Source: Podarcis pityusensis (taxonomy: Eukaryota). From it: a DNA stretch of 64,000 nt. Shown piece after piece: positions 1 through 13,235 of the stretch. The stretch's first letter is position 1. Each line of letters opens with the position of its first letter. The stretch lies in the NCBI GenBank assembly GCA_964106645.2, contig OZ067043.1; one strand, given 5' to 3'. The translations under genes and the position numbers were made by a program. The notes beneath the pieces are model-generated. The model did no database searches. It had not been told where the DNA came from and saw only the letters and a list, made by a program, of their open reading frames with translations.

Positions 1-2423
1 CTGCCAAGTGCAAAACCAAACCAAGCATTCGTATGTTGTGTTGCTTTCTCTGCTCCTAGATTGGCAATAATTGCTAAAAGCAGAATCATGTAGAATTACA
101 CCAGTACGAGGGGAGTGGGAGGCTGATGTTATAGAGAATCCAGAGCTGGCATCCCTCTTCCCAGGTTACAGACTCCACTGGCACTTCACATTGTCCCCAT
201 TTGCAGTTTAAATGTGTGCAGGACTATCCTGGCCTTTCAGCTGCAACATAGACACATATAAGAAAACTTCTGTTGAAGGACAAACAACTCAAAAATATCC
301 TGGGTGGGCAACTAGACATACCCTAAAACATGCACTCAGAATTTGGATTCCAGTCAGCAGTCCCTTTCCAGTTTGCACACCACTGATTCCAAATCAAGGG
401 CATAAAGCAAATGAAACTTCTGCAAGGCTTTTCGGATGGGGCCCAGGGCATTTGAAATGGAATCTGGCCCGGTACCTTTTCCAAGTAGCACCTGCTATGT
501 TTTATTAAACCAGGTTGAATGTCACAGGCCCTTTGCCAGCAGGTGTCAGGAAAAGAGCCGCTGAGCCAAGGAACTGACGTTGTCCTCAGGGTTAAGGGGA
601 CGATGCAAAGCAATGCAAAGCTCTTCAGCAACCCATCTAAAGCGGGAGTCTTGTATTTCAAGACCAGCCTCCTCTCCTCTTCCCAGTTACCTCGCTGCCC
701 TGAAGGCCATTGGCCACAAGCCAGGATCTAAATCTGGCAAAGCAAGCAAACAGATATTTCTTCTTTCCTACCCATATGAGCTGACAGTTTGAATCTTGGT
801 TGACTAGGCCTGGCAAGGTACAAACTATTTTGTTTCTCTTTGCATTTTGCTGGTTCTATGTATGCAAGGGACTCCAGTATGCTCAAGAGGTCATCTTACT
901 CCCACCTCCATTCCACACAAATGATGGTTTGCCACTGTGTTGTTTTGCTGCCTCATGGGACACATTGTCACACCACCACTAGCCAGAAACATGAAGACTG
1001 TCTAGGCCAGAGGATGAAAACCTGAGGCCCAGGGCCAAATGTGACCCTCGAGGTTTATTTGGTTCTAAGAATTCTCTCCAGGCCACACCCACTTTTCCCA
1101 GGCCACACCCCTCACATGCCCTGCTTCACACACATGTTTTTGCCTGACTGGAATATGTCCTTGAATTCTGACAATGCTTCTTTTCTGGATGGAGGATACA
1201 GAAGAATGTGTGCAGAAACTAGTCCACTGCACATAAGTAAAATTTATTGTGAAGAGGTGTATGTGAATTTGAACTTATGATATGGTTTATCTCCGTAGAT
1301 CATAGCATGAGGATAAGGATCAGCATAACTGTAATATGACCAGACACCCTCCATGATGAACTTTGGTGACGCTGGAACTTCCAGCCTTCTGAAAGGCACT
1401 CAGGCATATCCTGAGTTCACTGCCATAAGGACAGCTATACTTTCCTTCCTCCTCTCTCCACTCCTAGTGTGAGTTTATGGCAAAACTGTCATGCTTACAT
1501 TTCTGTAGGCCTTTAAAAAATAGTTAAGGTCCTGGGGCCCAATGCCATGCCAACCCTTACCTTGCCTTCTACTGTCAATAAAGATTGGGCCTGATTTTAT
1601 CCCATTGCCATTGTACAGTCTGGTTATTTTGCTGTTCTCATGGGTCACATAATGTGCTTGCCTGGGCAAATATGCACCAGTAATTTCAGTAGTACATATT
1701 CCCCAAAAGGCTAAATATTGAACAGGTATCACATCTGCTGTAATTTCGGTGCTTACTGAATACTTTCCTCTTTCAACACAACTTTTAAGTAGAGATCTTT
1801 CCCAGTCTGTTTCTGTATTAGAATTGTTTTTTTAAAAAAGTTTTTAGATATATTAATTGTTTCATTGCTTGCATGTTTGCCTCACTAGTCTCCTTTGGAA
1901 GGAAGAGTATGCTATAAATTTAATTAAAACAAAATAAATTTAATCTAAAGTTTAATTTAATAAATGAAAATTCATTTCACATCTGATATTACTACAATAA
2001 GCATAGTTACATGAAATGACCCACAGTTTTCATTTTCCTCATTCCATATATAGTGATTTTTGTTAATTTATCCAGGGAATTTATGAATCACTCCCTCTGA
2101 AGCTCCTAGGGTAGCATGCAGTTACAAGAATAATGCAATATAATAACATTCAAACAGTAAAACGATATGAAACACAGAAACAAATAAGCCTTAAAACTAC
2201 AATTAAAACAAGCCATTCAACATGCTGCAGCCCTTGAGCAAATAACAAAGTATTTGCCTGGCACGAAAAAAGACACCAGAGTGCCTTTTCAGGCAAGCTT
2301 CTATGGGTACAGCATTCATAGCCACAAAGCAGTCAGAGCAACAGTCTGCCTAGCTCAGTATAGTCAGAGTTCTCCAACCCTGTCAGGTCTGTGAACACAT
2401 TTGGATTTTTCAGTGAGTGCTGC

Positions 2424-2835
2424 TTATTTATCTGTTTATTTATCTGATTTATAAACCACCCTTCATCATAAGATCTCAGGATGGTTCACAGAATAAAATA
2501 CAGGATAAAAACAAATAAAGTAAAACAAAATAGCAAAACAATAACCCACCCTTCCCAAAGACACATTTAAAAGGCTGTAGAATATTAATCAGCCCAAGGC
2601 CTGGTTGGAGAGGAGCGTTTTTTGCCTGGCACCTAAAAACATGTAATGAAGGCACCAGGCGAACCTTCCTGGGGAGAGCATTCCACAAATGGGGAGCAAC
2701 TACAGAAAAGGCCCATTCTCATGTTGCCACTCTCTAGACCTCTGGCGGAGGAGGCACACAAAGAAGAGCCTCAGAGGATGAATGCAGAGTTCAGGACAGT
2801 TTATATGGGGAGAGGCGGTCCTTTCATGTATTACG
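2424..2835 (-). mobile_element. L2-clade LINE 3' fragment
   Basis: rc peptide WNALP...FRCQAK, 3' UTR and AATAAA-type tail. Confidence 0.75.
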
Positions 2836-3154
2836 GTTCTGAGCTGTTGGTACCATCCGCCCTGGACACTTTTGGAAAATTAACCTGAGCCTTGAAAAGC
2901 ACATAGAGGTGGGGACATAGAAGATGTCCTCTGATGAAAATCCTCCGTGTACTGTCCAGTGTATTTTGGATAGATGAAAACCCTATTGGACAAGGAGCTG
3001 CAGAACAAGGGCTACTGTTTATATTACTGTTTCCTTTGATGGAAAAAGTGGCATGAGAAGTGGTGTTAAGTATTCTACTGAAAGTCGTTCACTTAATTCA
3101 TAGCAGCACTCCCCTACTTTGCACTCTCAAAAATTGATCAATTTGTAAAGAATA

Positions 3155-3406
3155 CAGTGGTACCTTGGTTTACGAACTTAATCCATTCCGAAAGTCTGTT
3201 CTTAAACCAGAGCATTCTTAAACCAAGGCGTACTTTCCCATAGCAGCAGGGGACTCAATTTACAAATGGAACACACTCAACAGGCAGCAAAACACGTTCT
3301 TATTCCAAGGCAAAGTTCACAAACCAAAACACCTACTTCTGGGTTTGCAGCGTTCTTACTCCAAGTTGTTCACAAACTAAGCTGTTCTTAAACCAAGGTA
3401 CCACTG
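3155..3406. mobile_element. Tc1/mariner (Tigger/pogo-like) MITE
   Basis: TIR CAGTGGTACCTTGGTTTA / TAAACCAAGGTACCACTG, TA TSD. Confidence 0.9.
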
Positions 3407-4637
3407 TATATAGTTTAGGAATGAGATCCATGCAATGGTAACCCACCTCAAACATTTGATTGTGACAATGATTCACTTTGAAAACAAACTCCTTCCACTA
3501 TCTATACCACGTCAGACCACAGGTAATGTTTTCCATACTAAAAAAACACCCTTGCCATCATTTGTGAAAATGATCTTAAGTCTCACCTGTCACAAGCAAA
3601 GCCCAACACTATAGGACACAGGATCTTCTAATACTGACTGATAATCTAGTCTGATTTATATATAATATCGACCTGTAATAACCCTGCCAGAGGACAGAAC
3701 ATCCAAGCTGAGGAGAAAGGACACTAAAAGCTTTACTGTAATTTTGGAAATGCGTTTTCATGACAGGTACAGTGTCAACTGCCTGCTAATCCAAAAGCTT
3801 TGTGTAACAAAGTGCGAAACATCAGATTTTCCCCAGTATTTGATTGCCTACAATCATAGCACAACAGAGTAAACATTAACAGCCACGTTACCCTGGAGGG
3901 GCAGTTTGTACAGCGTTATATTTTTATGTCTTCTGCTCCTTTGTGAATCTGTGTCAGATTCAAGCCTTACATAATGGAGTTCAGGTTCTAATTCACATAA
4001 AGTCTATGAATCACTCTTTACCCATGTATGTAATCCAAACCTGCGGCGATCAGGTCTGCAGTCATATGGAGAAGCACTTTAATTGTATTAAACTTATACC
4101 CCAGCCCATCTTGGGTGGGTTAAAACAGTAAATATATAATAAAACAGTAAACACACACACACTGAGGAGGGAGAGAAGGATCACACATATGATCCTTGTT
4201 CCTGACCACACATTCACTTAATGTGCATAGATCCAACACAACATACAACTGTATGCATGGCATTTCAGTTCTCAATTGCCTGAAAAGGACCCTATGTCTG
4301 TATGAAAGGGTCGCTATTTGCATACATTAAGTTAAACACATGGAGGTTGAGAGCAGAGCTGTTTCGTCCAATCATGCTTCCCTTCAGGTATATAATGTAA
4401 CCTTTGACAACTGCTTAAGTGTAAGTGAGGCAATGCACATGTACACCCATTATGATTTCTGTGAGTGTGCAGCTTGAAAAAAAGTGCTGTAGACTTTACA
4501 GCTGCTCACTCGCATGCGTAAGTGACTATGGGCATCTGTTTGCATCCAGGTTGTATGGCAAGAGGTTTTTACAATGCTGTTTTCTTACTAATAGTATTTG
4601 TTTGAAAAAGTCATGCTATCTAAAAGAAAGACATGGG

Positions 4638-4884
4638 AGTTAATTTGTGGGTGAACATATCAGACGACACAGCGATTCTTCAAACAGCTCTTGTTTATTC
4701 AGAGGCCAGAACAGAACTGAACTGAAGGGTTCAGTCAGCCTGCTTATATAGAGCTCCAGTACAACGTAACTGTAACAATTTTCTAAAACTATCCAATCAC
4801 TGAACGTCACTTTCGATCCCTTATTTGCATAACTATCTACAGTATCCCCCTGCTGGCCCAGGGTGAGAACTTCAGTACATAACA
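4638..4884 (-). mobile_element. Solo LTR (247 bp)
   Basis: Perfect 5-bp TSD ATGGG (4633-4637 / 4885-4889). Minus strand starts TGTTATGT and has ATGCAAAT, ATTGG, CTATATAAG and AATAAA in LTR order. Terminal CA is mutated to CT. Confidence 0.85.
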
Positions 4885-5070
4885 ATGGGCATAGTAAGAA
4901 TTTCAATCTTGGCATTATTCATGCAACTCTTGCACCATCTGCCTGAGCAGCATCCCAGGAATGCAGGCATAACACTATGACCTGTAGCACTGCATTGGTG
5001 CAGCTATCATCAACACCCATTCTAAACATTAATGTGGTTGCTGCAGTTTAGTGTTAGGGTGTATCCTCAC

Positions 5071-5420
5071 TAGGGATGGGCAAATCTGCCAGTATGGGTT
5101 TCTCTCCATTTCTTATTTTTCTGATCTTAAATTCAGCTCTTCACATTTCAACATCAGTTTGCATTTTATTTTAAGTCCTCATGAAAATGTATCTGCATTT
5201 TAGTATCATTTCTCCCCAACACCAAAATACACATTTTTGCAAAGCCATATCCATAATACAATGCATTTTGTATGTTATTTCCCCCCAAAATATGCATTTT
5301 TGTGCACATTTTACACTGATGGATTTTTCTGCTGTGTTGCAAAATCTGGAAGAGTGAGAATTATGAAGGATGGCTGTGTTTTGGTTTGCATCTTATTTTA
5401 GAAACTGTGAACTAGGGCTG
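5071..5420. repeat. Old interspersed repeat (unclassified)
   Basis: Similar to 14637-14955 (AGGGATGG...ACATTTC.ACATCAGTTTG...AAGTCCTCATGAAAAT) and to rc of ~62330-62450. Confidence 0.6.
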
Positions 5421-7299
5421 ATCCCCACTTACCTTTACTCCACATTTCTAGGCACAGGTCTGGGCTTTTCAGGTCTGTGTACAACAGATTTTTCCTCTGC
5501 CATGATGCTTTCCCCATGAAAACCTGCTCTTTGCTGCTGAATCAGAGGAAACATCAATCCACGGAAAACACAAAAAGCTGTTTGCTCCGATTGAGCGATA
5601 AAGATCAGGTTTTCCTGGGGAAACCAGCAAAAAGTGCTTGGACATGGACTGGGGAAGCATGGACCTTAGCCTAGGAAGTGTGAGGCAAAAAGTAAGTGTG
5701 AGTAAGCCCTTAGGCAGGTTTGCTTTTAAGTGTAGACTCAATCAATCCCCTAATCACCATTAAGACTTAAACTGAATTAATAGACATTCTCTGTTCCTCA
5801 GTCATTCTTGGAACTGTAAAGCTTTCAGCAACATACCAATCTACAGTTTCCAAGATTCTTTAGGTGACACTATGACCGTTAAGAGTGACATGAACCAACA
5901 TAAATCAGTAGTGTAAACAGAACTTTCCAAAATCAATCCTTTTGTGCTTTTCCCCACCCTTAAGTTCACAGTATTTCAGAGTTCCATATTTAGACTCTGG
6001 CAGAAGCAGAACTCTGAAGAGAAGAAAAGCAAAAAAACTACTCTCTGTATGTCATAAGACTAAGTTCTATATGAGTTCAGCTAGGGAGAGTGTGGGGTGG
6101 GGGGAGTCATTCAATTTCCACAGGAGCAACTTTAAAGTAAACAGCAATGCCAAAAAAATCCTCCACACCTATTAATAGAAAATGTCACTCAGACATGGTA
6201 GCGTATCAATTCCCATCCCTGTTTGCAGAATCTGGTTCATGGAGTTTGTGTCTTGCTATAACAGTTTCCTTCTGATAGGACTGAGACTAGAGTGCTTATA
6301 AAAATGGGTACCGTATCACCACTGATAGAAGGAATCAATAGACCATTTCTCGGTTAGGAAAGGACTGACAAGCTATCTGGCAGTAGGATGCCGCAGCTGG
6401 TATTAGCTTGCCTTCAACTGCCTGGTGATCCTAAAGTTGGCTGTTTCCTGATTTTGCTTTATTGATGTCAGACAAATCTCCAAAAATTGACCCAAAGAAG
6501 TTTTACATGATGCACTTTAATCTTTAGCGTAGATCACTGAGCAGAACGTGGTGTGAAAGAAAAGAGCCTTGGCTTGGATGAAAATATAATGGCATGTGGC
6601 TTTGAGAACAAATTCTGAACTTCAAGCAGAACTAAAATCAAAGTTACACTATTCACCGTTTTCCCATTCATAATCTTCAGAGAGAAAATACTGATCAAGC
6701 TCCCCAAGCGACTGGCAATGGGAGAAGGAGAAGTGAAAGTATGATAGAGCTCAGCTTTGCAAATTGGAATGACCTTTTGGCCAAGAAGGCCAGGCTCTTC
6801 AAGCACACTATGGAATATTCACACACTGAAGCCTTGCTTTTATTTTATTTTTTAAAGAGAGACTATATTGAGACTAGAATTTCCATAACAGGGAAGTCAG
6901 AATACCTGCAAATTTTGATGCACTTGAGATCTGCAGCAATAAAAAAGGTTTCCTCTTATTCCTTTAAGACAATGTTTCTCAAACTTTTTAGTCTAATAGT
7001 CTGGTGTGCATGGTGGCATTGGAGGGGAATGCCCAGTTAGATGCCTCCCTGGACATACACTCTAGTGTGTGACTTTCCTCTCTGTAGTGTACAGTCATCC
7101 TCAGGTGTGTAGCACACTGCTCTGTGATGCTCTCTTGCCTAATTCTTAGACTATTAATTCACCCAATCTGGGTGCTGCACACAAATGTGTGTAACAAAAT
7201 GCCAACAGCCACTTCTATTAGGCTGGAGGAGCTTTGGGAGTAGACAGCCTGAAGGTGAGGAATGGCAGGAGATAGGAAACATCAGAAGCTGCCTGATTC

Positions 7300-7822
7300 C
7301 AGGCCAGATACTACTTGTCCAACTACTCCAGAATTGTCTACGTAAGAGCAAAAGCTCTGCTGGATCACACCAAAGGTCCAGCTTCCTGTTTTCACAAGAG
7401 CACACTCCCAACTTGCCATTCCCAGCAACTGCAATTCAAAGGCATACTGCCTCATCGCTGGAGGCAGAACATAGCCATTGTGACTAATGATTGATAGCCT
7501 CACCCACCAAGAGTTGTCTAATCCTCTTTTAAAGCCATCCAAGTTGGTGACTATCACTACAACTCATGGGAGCAAATTCAATAGTTTAATTATGGGCTGT
7601 GTGAAAAAGTACTTTTTTTTTTTTGCTTTCCTTAATCTTTAAACACTCAGTACTATCAAAATGAGAGAAAAACAAATTCTCTAAAAACTTTCTCTACACC
7701 ATGCATAACCTGCCATTACTCACCTTTTCTCTAAATTATAAAGCTCTAAACTATAAAGCCCTTTTCTCATAGGGGAGTCAGTCCAACCTCTTTGGTTGCC
7801 CTTTTCTGAACCTCTTCCAACT
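7300..7822 (-). mobile_element. CR1-type LINE 3' region
   Basis: rc encodes NLDGFKRGLD, a typical CR1 ORF2 C-terminus, plus the 3' UTR seen in several other copies. Confidence 0.75.
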
Positions 7823-9358
7823 TAGACTGGCAGAGGCTCTCCAGGGTCTCAGGCAAATGTTTATCTAATTCCACATGTTGAACCTGAACCTCTTCCTCCT
7901 TGATGACCCCAAGCAGAGGCACACTATGACACACATGAGTTCTACCTGCTTTTTTTTTGTATGGAATGAGAATGAACTGTATGTACTCCTCCTATCCATA
8001 ACATGACTATACTTCCTTGGCCATCATCTCAGCCTCCACTGCACTTTGGTTCGTAAAGTGAGGGGAGAAGATCAATTTAGTATTGATTTGTGATGCATGG
8101 ATTGGGTTTTATTTCTGGTACCCCATGACTGCAGATAGTTTCTTGGAGTCTCAGCTCTTGCTATCAGTGCTGCAGCAAAGCATCTATGAGCAGAGGAAAT
8201 CAAGTCCACTGCTAACAATGGCAATTAGAGTCAAGCTTTTACATCTGTACATATCCAGTTCTCCCATGAGCAGCAAACAGAATACGGTAATCTTATTAAC
8301 CTTCATCCGGCCTTTCTGAAACAACTAATTCTGTCTCTTCTCTAGCCGAGAGTAATATCATTTGTTTATGCAATGGGAGCCCCTAGTAATGCATTCTTTG
8401 GATGGAAATGAATATGTTAATTTCATGTTACCCCCCCCCCCGCCCGCCAAAGGGAGTAATAACACTGGTCAGCATAAAGCATGCTTGACACTGTGTGAAT
8501 GGAAGAAAGAGAGGGAAATGCTTTAAAGTAAATGAGCTGATAACCTCCATTTCCTTTTCTTCTCCAAGTGGTATGGCAAACCCATGGATCTACAGCCATT
8601 TCCACCAGCAAAAGAGAAGGAGAAAGGGGGAAGATGAGCTCCACTTTGAGCTCTTGCTTCCACTGTTCCTGCAGTGTATGTGTCTGTGTCTCTGTGTGTG
8701 TCATCTTTCAAATGCATAAAGACACATAACTTTTCCTTAAGTAACATTATTTTCAACTGCGTACTTTCTGAAAAACTACACAACCAAGCACCAGGAGCTA
8801 GTTGGTTCTGCTGATCACAGGCCACTATAAACCCTAGAAAGCCACTGGCAGCCAGTGCAGACAATACTGAGCTAGATGGACCAGTATAATGTATAAGCCA
8901 ATTTTCTCTGTTCCTGTGATTAGAGCAACAGGATCTTACCAATGAAAATTACTGGTCGAGTTCTTAAGCTCTTTGTTCTGCTTCTAGATCTTGAAGGATA
9001 CAATGTAGCGGGAGTTGAGTGCTTTGAGTTTTGTTTTGTAAAAAGAGTAGCTAGGAGTCAGATGATGCCATGTGGATTCCTGCAACAGCTGTCTTGGCAT
9101 CACGGTTGAGAAATGAACCGTCAGGAAAGGAGGAAAAAGATTCCTTGAGTTACTCATGAGTAACTCTGGGTCTTACAGAACCACAAGAACATACAGAGCT
9201 CAGTGCAAATGTGCCAGATATTTTACCTTCCTTAATTATATTTGCTCACAATTCCGTGCTTAGGTCACTCCTCAGCTGGCAGAGAGTTTGGGGATGCCCT
9301 TTTGCAAAAGGTCAGTTTACTTGTAAGGTGGGAGAAAACTGGATATCTTTTTCTAATA

Positions 9359-9608
9359 CAGTCGTACCTTGGTTTTTGAGTTTACTCTGTTCCGGGAGTG
9401 CGTTCGACTTCCAGAACAGTTCAAAAACCAAGGTGCGCTTCTGATTGGCTGCAGGAGCATGCTGCAGCCAATCAGAAGCCGTGGAAGCTGTGCTGGATGT
9501 TCAGCTTCCGAGAATTGTTCGAAAACCAGAACAATCACTTCCGGGTTTAGATCATTTGGGAGCCGAAACAGTTGAGTTCAAAGACATTTGGCTTCCGAGG
9601 TTCCACTG
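9359..9608. mobile_element. Tc1/mariner-type MITE (related subfamily)
   Basis: TA-CAGTCGTACCTTGG ... CCGAGGTTCCACTG-TA. Internal palindrome around 9437-9478. Confidence 0.85.
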
Positions 9609-11776
9609 TATCTGTTTATTTACAAATATACAAGCATAGGGGAGCATACAATGCCCGTCTTAAAGAACTCCACTTCCTCCAAAAGCAACAGCTTGCCCTT
9701 GATGGCTTTAAAAAAAACCTTACTTATCTAAACAAAAACTATTCATTTCCATTCCTGACCCAAGCAAGCAAGCAAAGGAAAGTAAGAAGACCCTGCTGGC
9801 TTAAACCAAATTTCCATCTATTCCAGCACCCTGTTCTCACCGTGGACAACCAAATGCCTCTGGGAAGCTCACAAGCAGGACCTGAGCATCAAAGCACACT
9901 CCCCAATTGTGATTCCCTGTAACTGGTATTCAGAGGCATGCTGCCTCTGACCTTGGAGGTAGCTTTCCTTCCATGAAAAATGCTCTAAAGCATTAGCTAT
10001 TAAGCCATACACAATAGAAGATTTCCTAACTCAGTATCACCCAAATCAGACGTTCTATCTTTGTACCCAAGTTGCAATGCCAAAACTGTCTTCCTGTTGT
10101 CCACAAGGTAATTTTATGAGCAGCTGGCCCCAAATGCAAATGGTTCTTCCACTTCTCACTAACACATAGTTTCAAAGAATGGTTTCATCAGCCATTGGCT
10201 TGATCCGGCAGGCTCTTCTTGAGTTCTTAAAACGTGAGAGCATCACTTATACAACTGCTGCTCATTTTATCATGCTGGGAAACTCTCCATTGTTACATTA
10301 GGTGGTGGAACTATTAATCCTCTTTCCTTCACCACACGCAGTCCTGAGTACTAAAGCATTATATTCTCATTGATTCTTCACCAGCTATTAAAATACTGCT
10401 TTGCAGCTTGATTAGACTGGGTGCTGAGCTCCATCCTGGAATAATAAGACACTAGATGTTCCGGACTAATCCTGTCTTTTCTGGAACTCCAAGGCCTTTG
10501 GACAAGACACTCAGCAGCACTGTGCTGGATTAAACTCATTATGACCTTCCAACAGAGCGGTAGCACTTCACTGTAAATTGCCATCAAATTTGGACCAGAC
10601 GGTCTTTGGAAGGCAATGGTCTGATGCTAACTAAGATGGTCAAGAGATTGTGGAACCTTTCATGTGCCCTTCACACACCATTTAGGCTATTAAAAGGATG
10701 TTGCTGCACCATTGCTGAGAGACTGTGTCCCAGATCCTTGGAAATGAATGATTAGCTGGTGCAGAAGGAGAACATTGGCCTGGATTAAAAGCCAGTCAAG
10801 CGTTTGGAAACAAAATAGTTTTAACAAGAATGACTGCTCTTCAGAGTGGCATGAACTCTTCTCAGGTCAGAGCTATAATCAGTATTAATTTATTGAATTA
10901 TTTACAAATATAAAAGCACAGGGGAACATACAATGCCAGTCTTAAAGCAACACCACTTCCTTCAAAGGCAACAGTTTTAAAACACAGCAAGCAGCTGCCA
11001 AATATGTCACTCAAGGTCCTATATAGAATTTGACAGCAAAGTCACAGCTCTATTTTCCACAACAAGAAGGAACACGTCCCTGCTGGGGCTTGAACCAAAA
11101 GCCCTCCAATCCAAAAACAGCTGTTCAGACTACTTAAGTCCTGAATACCTAATGCAAAATGGTTCCCAATGCATTATATATATGGCACATGTGGTGCAGA
11201 GCTGGAGGGCTCTTGGTCCCTTGGTAAAGACATACTAGCTACAGACATAGAGAAAACAGACGTCTGCTGAGGCATGCTTCTATTTTAGGACCATGGTTTG
11301 CATAAAATAGGTTCTCCATCTGTAAAATAAAATTATATTTCACAGGGCTCTGTTTATTAAAATAAAGCCAGAGTGAAACATATCAATTTTTTAAATAAAA
11401 GATAGCCTTGGAATTCCATTGCCAAGGTATATGAAAAAATTGTGATTGATGCTTCATAGTATACACTTGAAATTTGCAAGGATGTGCAGGCATGTGGCTT
11501 TTAACTGAATGCTGTCAGTGTTGTAACTGACCTCACCTGGTCCAGGAGCACAGTTGCAAATGAGCATGTTATTCTACAGAACAAGGCATAAAAGAGCAGG
11601 CTAGCAAAACACCTGGCAGGGGGCAACAATTTCAGAGTGTGAAGATAAAAGCTTCCCTACCAAGATGGAACGGGGATTCTTTTGCTGTTGCTTGAGATGT
11701 TAGAGGATAAAATCACAGATGTTCCACAGTCAGTGGATGGTGGGTTTCTATACTCAAGATGTAGTGATTTGCAGGC

Positions 11777-12730
11777 TCCCAAGCCTACCTGGGGTTCGGC
11801 TTTACCATCAGCCTGATGAAGATTGAGGTCAGGACTTTGCCAGCAATCCACACATCAGCATTGGTGACCACATACTTGAGGTGGTAGACGATTTTGCCTA
11901 CCTTGGTTCTACCAAAACCAGCAACCTTTCCATTAATATTGAGCTGAACAAGCACATTGACAAGGTAAGCTATGGCAATGGCTTGCCTCTTCAAGAGGCC
12001 ATGGGAGAAGGTGATGTCTACGACCAAGACAGGATGCAGGTCTACCAGGCTTGTGTGATGAGCACACAGCTTCATGGTGGTGAAATGTGAGCAACTTACA
12101 CCTGCCAGGAATGATGCCTCAGTGCCTTCCATATGCACTATGTCAGGAAGGATTGGGGCATCATATGGCAGGACAAAGTCTCAAGCAAAGATGTGCTCTC
12201 CCAAGCCCACATTCCCAGCATGTTCACACTCCTGTCTCAGCCACATCTCTGCTGGCTTGGTCAGGTCCACAGAATGGAAGATGGCAGGATCCCCAAGGAC
12301 TTGCTCTACAGGTAGCAGGCTTCAGGCACCAGGTCCAGGGGCAGACCACCTCTGCATTACAATGATGTCTGCAAATGATATTGTAATCATCTCTTCATTA
12401 CAATAATGTCTGCAAATGATGGCTGGCAACATTAATTGTGCCACGTGGGAGTCTGCAGCACCTGGAGACAATCAGTCAGGTTGTGTATCCACAGCAGTGA
12501 CCAGAGGAAGAATGACCACTGGGAGGAGCACAGAAAGAGGAAACATCATAGTACACTTGCACCAGCAAAATCAAATGACTTCATTTGCCCCAACTGCAAC
12601 AAAACATGTCTCCCCCATATTGGTATCTCCAGCCACAGCAGGCACTGTAACTCTCCAACCGTTTGACTTCACCCTCAAAGATGCACTCTTCCATAGTCTC
12701 CCAAGACAGATGGATGCCAACCAAGCAATA
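11777..12730 (+). mobile_element. 5'-truncated RTE-clade LINE (degenerate)
   Basis: 14-bp TSD AGTGATTTGCAGGC (11763-11776 / 12731-12744). Frameshifted peptides VDDFAYLGS, WQDKVSSKDVL...WLGQVHRMEDGRIPKDLLY and C-terminal CPNC...HSRHC zinc finger are typical of RTE ORF2. Confidence 0.92.
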
Positions 12731-13039
12731 AGTGATTTGCAGGCAAACATTTGGGCTTAGTATTTAAACATGCTTACTAGGGATATAAATCCCTAAGAAC
12801 TTAAATGGGCTTACTTGTGAGTTGACATAGGCAGCTTCCAGACTGTCCTTAGATTGCAGTTGGGATTCAATTACATACCAGCAAATTCAGGTTGCACAAT
12901 TAAAATGATGAAGGGATGCACTGGAAAGGGTGAGATTGCTTGATGCAATTGCATTTAACTGCAAAAACAAGTAAGAATGAATGGTCCATAAGCAGGAATG
13001 ATTTATAACCTCCCTGCAAACTCTGTGCAAACAAATCAC

Positions 13040-13235
13040 AGGAACAAAGGAAGCAGCCTTATACCGACTCAGACCATTGGTCCCCTGAGCTCAGTATTGC
13101 CTACATTCACTGGCAGCAGCTGTCCAAGGTTTGAGACCGGAATTTCTCCCAGCCCTACCTGGAGAAGCTTGAATTGAACTTTGGACCTTCTGCATGCAAA
13201 GCAGATGTTCTACTGCTGAGCTACAGCATTTCCCC
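13040..13235 (-). mobile_element. tRNA-derived SINE (older family)
   Basis: rc begins GCTGTAGCTCAGCAGTAGAACATCTGCTTTGCATGCAGAAGGTCCAAAGTTCAA. Relatives near 22820-22990, 35625-35770, 36815-36905, 46375-46545, 46690-46825 and 62450-62522. Confidence 0.75.

Noticed and set aside
13040-13235. tRNA genes at tRNA-like heads (also 36815, 46375, 55353)
   Set aside because: Degenerate and continue into SINE bodies, so they are SINE heads.
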